DNA of 64,000 nucleotides from Styela clava (taxonomy: Eukaryota). Below are positions 13,946-24,316 of the stretch, piece after piece. Numbering within the stretch: the stretch's first letter is position 1; the number at the start of each line of letters is the position of its first letter. Below the pieces are notes generated by a model. It saw only the letters and a list, made by a program, of their open reading frames with translations. It made no database searches and had not been told where the DNA came from. Both the position numbers and the translations under genes were made by a program. The stretch is from positions 8,308,001 through 8,372,000 of the forward strand of contig NC_135252.1 of NCBI RefSeq assembly GCF_964204865.1, read 5' to 3'.

Positions 13946-16900
13946 ATGGAAGATGATGATTCTGCGATACTTCAGTCATCAACAATTGAAGATTCTGGCA
14001 TCGTGACAAATTCTAGTACCATCTCTGACGTGTTATTGGCAACTGAAAATTTGCTAGAAAATGATGACGATTTGGATGCTTTGAGCAGTTTGAGTGAGGA
14101 TGGTGTTTCAACTGGTAGCACTGATAACATCTCAGATGATTATGAAAGTGATTCTCATATATTTGATGAAGAAGATGTGCTATTTTCTACATCAGCATTG
14201 CATGAATCTTCTATTTTATCGAACAATCGCACAAAGAACAGTAATAATTGCAACAATGCGATGTCCAATGATCTGCAGAATCAACCAATTACAGAGAAGA
14301 AAAAGCTCAGTATAGATGATGCGCTTGTGGATTGTAAGTGAATATAATTTTTGTAAAAATCTGGTTGTCACTCAACATGGAGTGACTCAGTCATCTGAAT
14401 AGAATAACTCAAGACTGTCATTTACGCCAGTGAGATTTAACACATCGAATGAATCAAATGTGACTAGAGGTTAGGGATTTTCACCCAACACTGCTTAGTA
14501 CAATTGAAGATGACCTGGTTTCGAACATTGAATCCGGTGTATATATTCGTCGAAAAATTCAATTTTTTATTATCAAGTAATTTGCTAAGCTTCTTTTACA
14601 TTGCAAGTTATCATGTTTGAGCATAATAATTCTTGGTGTTTAATGGAAGAAAAAATATGCAAGTAATTTTGTAATGACAATAATTGTTTCACTTTATTTA
14701 ATTGCAGTGCATATTCATGATGTTAAAGCAAGTTCGGAAAAAACTGACCTTCTGAAGTCATTGGGAAATATGTTTTCTCGAGGTAAAATGTATAGTTGCT
14801 TTTTTCCCATGAGACAAATGCTCTATTCATTACTGATGTATATACATATGATATCTAGCATACACACTGTTTCATCAGCAAAATTTGAAGATGGGTGGGC
14901 CTTGTTTCTGATAGAGGCCACCCTTTATTTTATCTACTATTGATACTCTCCTCAGTCATCTTGAGTATTTTTCAAAACATGTACTTCTTTTGTTAGGTAA
15001 AACCTCTAATAAAGAAACTAACAACCCTTTTCCCGGAACAAAAATAACATACAAAGATGGTGAAAATACGGAGCATTGGGAATTTGCAAATAAATCGAAC
15101 CCACAAAATAACCAAGAAAATCAAGCAAGAGTAACATCTGAGAGTATCGGTCCAAAAAAAGTCTTGAAGTTACAACTATCTGGAATATCCAGTGACAAAG
15201 CGTATGATAAATTTCATGTATATATAACTTTGAAAATGCAATTACTCACCATGAAATCCATTTCCTTATTGCTCCATATTTGCAGAGAGGTTATATCAGA
15301 CGAAACTGAAGAAAGTGATGGTCAAGTGCCTGCCAGCAAAACTGTGAACACTGTAACTCACAACTCAAAAGGTCTGAAGATTGCTTGTAATTTGTATTTA
15401 ACAATTGATATCAGCAGTGGTTTGCCAGTCATGTTTATTATAACAAATTACTTGGATAACATTTCTATTATCTATTAAGGTAACATATCAAAAGCAAGCC
15501 CTATGCCCAACATTTCAAAATTCATGCAAAAGCTGCTATTTGAACTGAGGGATCCAGATGAATTACAATGCTCAAAATGGAAAAGGATATTTGTAGACTG
15601 TAACAACGTTGTGGTTTCGTGTCAACCACCCCTTGATGGAGAATTAGGTTACGATGCTGTGGTAAGCTTTCTTCTTTGAATAAATTTTAATTCAACACGA
15701 GCATGATTAAACCATCTTTTGCTAAATAATTTGTTTTGTAATGGGGCTAAATATTTTGCAGGGTAATGGAAACAAGCAGCAGACATAAATTTTATTTTAC
15801 TTGTTTCAGGTTATTCCAGGGAATAGTTTTGGATTTCTCGATGGTGAACCAGAAATTGAGTACACAAATACTTTTGGCTGGAATTTGTAAGTTTTTAGTC
15901 TGATTTTAAACCAAGACTATCAATATATCAAAACTACATTAACCAATAAATCTGCTGTGGTATTTTGGGCTTTTATTTGTTTCTCAATACATGCTGTAAC
16001 CAGTGGTGGGATTCGAATTTTTTGTCAGCCGGTTCTGTTACACAAAGTTTTTAGTGATGCTAACCGGTTCGCTGATCTCGTAAATTTCTGTGAGACGATT
16101 CTATAGAACCGATTCTATGTAACCCTATGCTTTGATTGAGATTGTGAAAAACTTGATTTTACTGAAATCGAATGGCAAATTTCTTTTTACTTTCAAATTC
16201 TCTGGTTATGTACAAAGCCTAGCTAACCCTAATTGCCATATCAATTCAGGCAAGACGAATTCCAGAGTTTAATTAAAGAAGAGCATGATGGAGAATTAGT
16301 TGTGGTAAGTCTCAAATCCTTAGATGAAATTGCAAGATAGTAACTTCCCTAATATCAACCCTTAAAATGTTTGTTTTCAAATATTGTTCTTCACACCATA
16401 TTTTTTTTAATTGTAATTGTAGCAAGAAGCATTTGTGAGAGTCGGTATATATTTTTTTTTTATGTTTTTAAAAGGAAAGCTTCTCAAAAATTGTGGAATC
16501 ATTGATATACTGATAAATTTATCTTGGCGGTGTGGCTCATCGTGCTAAGTGTTAGACCGCACTTCTGAGTGGGTTCGAAGTCCATGTAGGGATGGTTATG
16601 TGCGAGAGTATTGCTGGACTCCCCGCCGCCGGTTTCCTCCGCCACCAAGTCCATGCTTCCGAGAACCAATACCTAACTAATCCCATACCGACATGGAATG
16701 GTAACCTGGCGAGAGGCTGTGGTCCGCCATATAAGCCGTACGGCTTTCCTCTTTCCCGGGATAAATATGTAAATCCTATCTTTATATTTCTTTTTTGCTT
16801 TACAGGGAAAAGGTCTCATAAGGCCACTTGATCCTTGTACGGGAGTGAAATATGCAATTTATGTGCCTGTGATGAGGGTTCCGCTTGATGTCTCGGAATC

Positions 16901-17936
16901 TGCAAATGCGTACTTGGCTTTCAGAGCTGCGATAAAGACAGGTGTGTTCAGCTTCTAGTATATCTCATCCCATAATGAAATATTCATGAAAAAGTGGTCC
17001 AACAACATAAGGTGACACAACATTAAATTACTATTACATGACTGTGCGTTTCTAACTAGCCTTTAAAAAATATATCTATTCACACTGATATATATTTGTT
17101 CTAGGCAGAAACATATATACTAATTGGAATTTTATGATGCCTATCTACGAAGTTACCTATACGAAGTTCATGTCGCCGGTTTCCCATATGCTCTTATATA
17201 TTTGAATTTTCATTACAGTAAAACATCACAATGAAACATGTATGAAAGAAGATTGTATTATATCTATCCTGTGCCCAGCATTATGTAACGGATTTGGTGG
17301 AATGCCTCCTGCCAGAATAGCTTTACAAATGAGGACTGCTTATGATACATTTGCTGGTGGTGAAAAGGGTAACTTTTTGTATTCAGACGACCTTGGTGCT
17401 ATGGCAACAAACCATGTAAACATGACAACAAAAATTGGTAAATGGTATTGAAGTGAGATTATTAGTTTTTATTTATTTTATCAGGAAATAGAAGCTTTTA
17501 TTTTGTATTTCATATTTTGCGATGCTTTAGATAGTAATCTTTCTGCCAAATTTTTATTTCCTATACTTGCTTGAAGCAAAATCACAAGATCTTCCGATAA
17601 GGCCAGCATAAAGTAAGCAATATGAGATTATAACACATTATTTATCTTATCCAACTGTAGCTTTCTGTATTTATAATCATATAACACACTGCCCCACACA
17701 ATTTCTATCTACATAGTTTATATATATTCTTTTTGTTCATTTTCATATGCATGCATAAATACATCATGTTTTCATTTTTACTTGGAATCAAATCGTAGCT
17801 GAAGCCCTGTATGTTTTTAATAAGATACGATCTGTTCATTCTAGTTGACCAAGCCGGATTATTGCTGCAACCTCTTGCCTTTTATTTCTTGTTGCTGATT
17901 TACTGCCCATTCCTGTCTGCTGCTATTAAGTGTTAG
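13946..17936 (+). CDS. Macrodomain (Appr-1''-p processing-like) protein with an acidic disordered N-terminus. Exons ~13946-14333, 14708-14782, 14997-~15200, ~15286-15371, 15480-15661, 15810-15886, 16250-16304, 16806-16941, 17219-17437, and probably 17845-17936
   Basis: The spliced C-terminal half reads YDAVVIPGNSFGFLDG...FGWNLQ...HDGELVVG...YVPVMRVPLDVSESANAYLAFRAAI...ISILCPALCNGFGGMPPARIALQMRTAY. This matches the DAIVSPANSFGFMDG / APTMRVP / PGLGTGxG macrodomain subfamily pattern. Middle and last exon boundaries are less certain. Confidence 0.75.
16526..16780 (+). mobile_element. Same SINE family, in a macrodomain-gene intron
   Basis: ggcggtgtggctcatcgtgctaag ... gggttcgaag ... cgggataaatatgtaaatcctat. 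Confidence 0.8.
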
Positions 17937-18020
17937 TAGCTTTTGAAGCACTTCCAAGATTTTACACAAATGGGGGTTCATCTTATTGCACTTTTTTTTC
18001 AAATATTGCAAATTAATAAA

Positions 18021-19019
18021 CTACGGTATTAAATTCTGCTTTTTTGGTGAAAGTCTGGAAAATATTTGGTTGCCTTGAGAATCTTGAGTGAAGCGAACAG
18101 ATAAGTCGTATAGGTGTGGAGACTGTGGCTGATAATCATTGAAATCTGAGACGCTTTTTGGTTTGTCGGACTTCGGCGAGTTCAAGGGGATTTGAGTTGA
18201 GGTTTGCAATAGGCTGAAATATGCCTGCTGTGAAACAGTGTGATCATTTAAAATCGTAATGTTAGGCCTCACTACATTGGGTGTACACTCTGAAGAATCG
18301 TGGAAGGAATTATTCATAATCATTTGTGAATTTCCAGAGATTTGCGTGGAAGTTTGTAACGGTTTGAATGACATCCAATCTGGCGTATCGTCCAGAATAT
18401 CGATTTTTTCATATTGTGTGGAATTTTCAGGGAGATTTATTTGGCCAGAGCTTTCATTGCAAGTACTATCGAATGACAGTTTGCTAGAATTCTTGGACGA
18501 ATTTGATGATTGGGACGGTTTGCTAGGAAAATCTAAGCACTGGGAATGTTCAACTTGCACATTCACTTCCCTAATCGGTTTCGTGTTAGAGTGTGTTTGC
18601 TTTCCTGATATCACTGCATTCAAGCTATATTGTGTAGGATGTTCAGGGAGATTTAGTTGGCCAGAGCTTTCATTGACTTCATTATCGAACGACAGTTTGT
18701 TAGAGTTCTTGGGCGAATTTGATAATTGGGATGGTTTGCTGGGAAAATCTAAACACTGGGAATGTTCAACTTGCACATTCACTTCTTTCATTGGTCTGGT
18801 GTTAAAATGTGTCTGTGACGTCACTGCATTCAAGATATTTATGTCAGTGACAACTGCATTCTCCTTATCCTCACTCTCTGAATATAAATCTTTATGTGAT
18901 GTGAGTTTACCCTGACGACTCTTTGCAAAAGATAATATTGATTGCTGATTAATTTTTTTTCTATTGTATTTCTGTTTAAATACATTTCTTGTAATCTTCA
19001 CATCAAGCTTCCTTGGGTT
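18021..19019 (-). CDS. Probable terminal coding exon of an unidentified gene; Ser/Asn/Gln-rich, low complexity, with a 73-aa internal duplication
   Basis: A 1-kb open frame in AT-rich DNA is preceded by a strong acceptor (tttttttttctgttcgcag at 19020-19038) in phase 0. There is no ATG at its 5' end. Confidence 0.55.
   Translation of the reverse strand, partial: NPRKLDVKITRNVFKQKYNRKKINQQSILSFAKSRQGKLTSHKDLYSESEDKENAVVTDINILNAVTSQTHFNTRPMKEVNVQVEHSQCLDFPSKPSQLSNSPKNSNKLSFDNEVNESSGQLNLPEHPTQYSLNAVISGKQTHSNTKPIREVNVQVEHSQCLDFPSKPSQSSNSSKNSSKLSFDSTCNESSGQINLPENSTQYEKIDILDDTPDWMSFKPLQTSTQISGNSQMIMNNSFHDSSECTPNVVRPNITILNDHTVSQQAYFSLLQTSTQIPLNSPKSDKPKSVSDFNDYQPQSPHLYDLSVRFTQDSQGNQIFSRLSPKKQNLIP
18410..18835. 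repeat. In-frame tandem duplication (~219 nt) within the orphan exon
   Basis: EVNVQVEHSQCLDFPSKPSQ...KLSFD...NESSGQ.NLPE..TQY occurs twice. Confidence 0.9.
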
Positions 19020-19149
19020 CTGCGAACAGAAAAAAAATTTTAAATCTTATTTTTCACAAGCATTTCGCTTTGTACAAGCAGCCAAAAGTATGAGGGGTGC
19101 AACTGTCATCATTTCCCAACCAATTTAATATACCCTCTGTGACGTGATG

Positions 19150-20260
19150 GGCACCCGATTTGGTGATGCCAACTCAGTGAGAGATGCAACCACAAAGTTT
19201 CCAATACTGTATCTTAAAAATTGTATTCTCCATTCTCAATTACATGGCTTGCAACCCTCACCCCAAAACTCTTCACAACAGCTAATTCATATTTTCAACG
19301 TATTTTCAACGTTGTTATTATCTTGCACATTATTTCAATTGGAACAGAGGAATTTTAAATAACATAATAGTATAGATGAGAATTGAGATATATATTGACA
19401 ACAATTACCTTTATTCTTTGTTTTGATTTTGAGAGCCAGACTCCCGGTTTAACAGCAACATGTTGCGAAGAACATGAGTTCGTTGATTTATACATGGCGT
19501 TTAATAAAAGCATAAAATCTGGGAAAAATAAAAACACAAAAAGAAGCATCAATTTATATACAGTCTCAACTAACTCAAAAAGCATTTTCAAAATGTGCAA
19601 GAGTCAAGCATAAATAACTGCTAATAGCATTGCAAAGACCATAATAGCGATGATATATCTAGACAAAACAGAAGACTATTTCACTTCACCATAATAAAAT
19701 ATAGCTCATTTTATTGTTCTCATTGTATACTTTGTGTCAGTGAGAGATTCTGCATTTGCCTAATGCCTATACTTGGAAAAGAATTTATGGCGTATTGGCA
19801 TGTTCCTCCGCATACATTTCTTAATGCCAATTATTCTTAATATTGAAGCAACATTTGTTTGTCAGAACCATATAAAATTGTCATTGCTTTGAAACAAATA
19901 TGAACTATATATTGGCAATTTCAGTGAGGTGGAAATTAGAAATACGAGCATCAATCTATATCTGACATAACAATAAAGTCAAGATTTAGTTCTGCATTTG
20001 AAGATAATAACAGTGTGCTGATCTTATGATCAAATACACACAGCTCTACATTTGTACGACAGGTTGTAGGTTGATCTATTTTCACTTAAGTAAAGATAAT
20101 TGAAATAAACAATTAGAAGATATTGCAAATCACAAGCATGATTGCCATGCCGGAATGTCAAATAAAGCATTTTATATAGCTAGATGTCCATTTTCAAATT
20201 AAAAAATGTTGTTTGTAAGATTAGGAACTCATTTTTTTCTAAGAAATCATGCGTATTGGT
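19150..20260 (-). pseudogene. Degenerate tandem copy of the adjacent hAT-transposase-derived gene
   Basis: Colinear similarity blocks: 19258 tcaccccaaaactcttcacaaca vs 20735 tcaccccaaaattcttcacagca (CCEEFWGE); 19444 ccggtttaacagcaacatg vs 21144 cgggtttaacaatgatatg; 20048 acatttgtacgac vs 21985 acattttgtacgat. There are many stops and indels. Confidence 0.65.
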
Positions 20261-20382
20261 TAGGAAGAATACAATGGTGAAGTAATTTGTATACGAATAC
20301 ACAACAGCCAGTTAGAAAATTGTTCAAATTCAGCTATAATATGAAAATGGGATTTGAAACCTTCTCGATTTTTTCAAGCAGT

Positions 20383-22371
20383 TTACACCCTAACTCTTTG
20401 TGGAAAGTTCCGTTCGTCTGTAATAACTTCTATCTCTAATTCTTGTTTGACTTCAGATTTATATATATCGGCACGAAATGCGTCTATCATTTTATCAGAA
20501 GGAATAAAGTCATCACAGCAAATGTTGTTTCTTTTCATATATGCTCGGACTCTTAAAATATTTTCTAGCAGCTGTTGGCCCATTCGATTCCGCGGCTTAC
20601 TCTTTATCATGTTCATTTGCAGAAAAACTTTTTCGACTGAGGCATTAGTGAGTGGCAAAGTGAGAAGTGCAACCATAAAGGTCCCAAGATCTTGAAAATC
20701 ATGTTCTCCATCCTCATTCACATGACTCGCAACTTCACCCCAAAATTCTTCACAGCACGAGTCCAATGCCTTCTGCCAATTTATAGTCTCAAGCCTTCGC
20801 CATTGATTGTTAAGCTGGATTAAATCTCCATTAAATAGGGCAAGGAAAGGTAAACTTGATAGTCTTGGTTTCTTAGACCCGAGCACAACCGAAGGTACTA
20901 GTGAAGACATGCTGTTCAAGATTTGAATATTGTGAGGCAGTATATCTTTAAGCTGAGAAGCAAGTGCAAAAACAAATTCATAGCAATTTTGTTTAGCATT
21001 TTCAATTTGAGATGGATGGATCATGATCGACTCTGTCAGTACCATGGAGAATTTGGCACCGAAATCAACTGATGCGATACCATGCTGATTCTCTCCATCA
21101 CCAATGTCTATGTCCAATAATGAAGTTTGAGAAGCAAAGACATCGGGTTTAACAATGATATGAAGAAGCCTTTTGTACAAGCTTAAGTATTCTTTTCCTA
21201 ACCGATACGCGCCTCCAGATTCCAGCTCTGTTTGTTTGTAGACTCTAGAAAATTCATTAACGATTGGTTGCAAAAATGACAAATATAGCTTGTTTACAGG
21301 ATCATCAAACATATGAAATAGAATTTCCGCAGTGTAACTATTTTCTTGGCTTTGAGCTAGCTGAAAATACAACTTTAGCTCATCGTAGTTGTCAAGAATC
21401 TTGTTGACACAAGGAGCGACAGAGAGCCACTCTGTGTCAGGCAGCTGTAAAATCTTTAGTACTGGATCAGCAACACTAATGTTTTCATATATATTTTTGT
21501 ATTTCTGTTGTCTCACTGAGTTATGCAAAAACCATGTATATGTTTCAGCAATCATAAAATTTAGATTTCGTGGGAGAAGTCTAAATGCCTTTGATAAGCA
21601 GATTTGCAAAGAATGGCACATGCATTTTACATGAACAATATTAGGATTATATTCCAGAATTTTAGCAATTATTGCATTTTTTTCACATATTTCTTCATTG
21701 CAGTCAGTTGCAATACCACAACAATTTCCAATATCCAATCTATTTTGTTTCAAAAAATTGAGTACCATAAAATCTGATTGACCACCATCGAGTGGAAGAA
21801 GACCCAAAAATGAGGTGACTATCTTGTGCGCTCTCATACTATAATATCGAATCACCACACGCAATTGCTTCTCATAAGAAGGCTCCAGGCTTTCATCAAT
21901 GACTAAAGAATATTGAGAGTTACGAACATCATCAAGAAACTCGTTGTGCATTTCAGGCCCAAGCACTTTCCGAATCAACATGGAACATTTTGTACGATGA
22001 AGAGAAAAACGTTTTTGGGTCATCTCTTTGATAAGCGCCGAAAGATGATCCACAGTCAATATTGAAGAATGGCATGCTATGTGAGCTGCCATTTTTAAGG
22101 AAGCTGCTTTATTTCCCAACGGAGGAGGTGGGGGCGGTTTGACTTCAATTTTCATAAGCTCTGCAAAAGCAGATGGATCCATATTTTTCATGTGCTTTTT
22201 TGTTCTCCCATGATTTCTGATATCTCTCAAACGAGCTTTAAGTATTGTTAAGCATACTTTACAGCGACCTTTCTCATCATCACCAGGAAAGCTCTCAAGC
22301 CAATCTTGAAATTCAGGATCCTGCTCCCATTCTTTCTGATATTTCAGATAGGATTTTGGCCATTTACCCAT
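20383..22371 (-). CDS. hAT-superfamily transposase-derived protein (ZNF862/ZMYM/Buster-like), 662 aa, single ORF
   Basis: N-terminal zinc finger (W..W...CKVC...H...KKH), YSLVIDES, IATD, CMCHSL (CxxH), DTEWLS, and a C-terminal hAT dimerization region LPLTNASVEKVFLQMNMIKSKPRNRM. Confidence 0.88.
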   Translation of the reverse strand: MGKWPKSYLKYQKEWEQDPEFQDWLESFPGDDEKGRCKVCLTILKARLRDIRNHGRTKKHMKNMDPSAFAELMKIEVKPPPPPPLGNKAASLKMAAHIACHSSILTVDHLSALIKEMTQKRFSLHRTKCSMLIRKVLGPEMHNEFLDDVRNSQYSLVIDESLEPSYEKQLRVVIRYYSMRAHKIVTSFLGLLPLDGGQSDFMVLNFLKQNRLDIGNCCGIATDCNEEICEKNAIIAKILEYNPNIVHVKCMCHSLQICLSKAFRLLPRNLNFMIAETYTWFLHNSVRQQKYKNIYENISVADPVLKILQLPDTEWLSVAPCVNKILDNYDELKLYFQLAQSQENSYTAEILFHMFDDPVNKLYLSFLQPIVNEFSRVYKQTELESGGAYRLGKEYLSLYKRLLHIIVKPDVFASQTSLLDIDIGDGENQHGIASVDFGAKFSMVLTESIMIHPSQIENAKQNCYEFVFALASQLKDILPHNIQILNSMSSLVPSVVLGSKKPRLSSLPFLALFNGDLIQLNNQWRRLETINWQKALDSCCEEFWGEVASHVNEDGEHDFQDLGTFMVALLTLPLTNASVEKVFLQMNMIKSKPRNRMGQQLLENILRVRAYMKRNNICCDDFIPSDKMIDAFRADIYKSEVKQELEIEVITDERNFPQRVRV

Positions 22372-24316
22372 TTTCAGTAAATTGCAAATTATCCAATTTT
22401 ACGAAAATCTACCCACCTACTTTATGAGAGATAATGAGATATTCAATTACATATTAATTAATATTGATAAATTATTATTTTACTAAGGTTTTAGGATTCC
22501 TTTCAATATGTCTCATAGATCAATTTATAACTAGAGAATCAGAATTGCTGAACCCTGAAACTCCTACAGTCTTGAGAACTAAGAGACAAACGGTCTAAAA
22601 AATGGAAGATTGGTTCATCTAAAACAAAATATTTTGGTCGTTCGACGTGAAGCACTTTAACTATTAAAGTGGAATGATAGATCAGGAAATCTAAAATATT
22701 AATTTTGCTGTCACAAATGTATAAACTCAATGACCAAATTAGTTTTGCACAAACAATTTTTATCCATTCACCACATTCTGACAATTGTAAAATATAGCAG
22801 TATACGTGGTACTGCAACCAACAAGACTAATTACAGAAGTGCAGAACAGGATTCATTCTAACACACAAATCCCGCTTGAAGACATATAAGAACATTTTAA
22901 TATACTGTCAGACTGTAATTGCAGAATTGTATATGCTTACAGCGCCACCCTAACAACTGATAACTACACAACATACCGGTAGCTCAGTACAGAGAGAGAT
23001 TTATTGCCACAAAAGCTAGCTACTGACCTTCAGCTATATAGACAGGGACATGAATGGTATTCCTAGTAAGGCCAGAAAACTGAGAGAAATCAAGAATAAT
23101 TCACATAAACTAAAATCCGCATTGCGGCAATGGAAAAGGGGAACTTCTCCAGAAACAAAACAAATTTGAAATATATATTTTGTTCAAGTTGCCAGATGGT
23201 AACTAAAATTTGGTTACGTTCAAAAATTTGAAATGAATTACGTTAAGCGGAATTTGTGAATAGACAAAAGAAAAGTAACAGATGTCTATTTCACTAAATA
23301 CTTGTATAAAATAACTCATTGACGATGAGACAACTTCTTCTTGGTCACATTTTCAACACAAAAAGAGATTATGTTGTTCAACGGCTTGGATCTGACGTCC
23401 ATTTTTATCTGGCAACCTCATTGCATGCGCGCGAAACACGTGACGCTTTGGTTACGACACGGAGCACGGCGTGTTTAGTGACGCATATAAAAGGAAATGG
23501 TTTTGCATTGTATGATTGGGCACAAAAGCATGCTCTTACATGATTCCTTGATACCAAAATATTTTACCCACCATTGAACGCCTGGTGTACACCGCAATGG
23601 AAATTACAATTATTTAATTAGTTTTGTCCTATTCTTTTCCGCGAACCACAGTGAATGTCTTGGAAATGATGATAAACTGTTTAGATTTAGAAGAATTAAG
23701 ACACAACAATAAAATCTATTACAAATAGTAAAGATCGATTTTATATTTGAAATCGCACATTAATATACCGTATGGCATTTTTGTATCATTTACGGACGGC
23801 TTTGCTGGTTCTGGTCATAAACGACAGAACCGTTCCCGATTTCTTCTATAAGTTTAACCCAAGATTTATTTTCTTTTGTCTACACTCTTTGCTTTTGAAT
23901 TCACCAATTCTTCTTCTGCGTGGAATCTATGCACATGCTATATATTAAACATATTAATATTTGCCGAAAAAATGAACCGTTGACAAATTTTATAGACCCG
24001 ATAGATATAATTGTATATTCTTTTCATCCTAACAAAGTCTGCATTTCCCACCCAACAATCACATGTGTCGCAAGATTGTAGAAGGGATAGCTATTGATAA
24101 TGGCTAGGCTTCTTCTCAGTTGTTGTAAATTCCACTGCCCATGTAATAACGGAGCTCAACGTTTGCTGAACAGTAACACAGTTATCCAAAGCGGCTACAG
24201 ATGCTTCATATTGAGCGAATATGAAAAAAGAAACTCTTGTATACTGCTAGAAAATTCCCTTTCACACCACCCCATTTTCAACAAGAAAATATATTCTGTG
24301 TAGGTTTTTTTAGAAT

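Noticed and set aside
18259-18915. 218-aa plus-strand ORF with a repeat
   Set aside because: Antisense shadow of the longer minus-strand exon; no motif or splice support.
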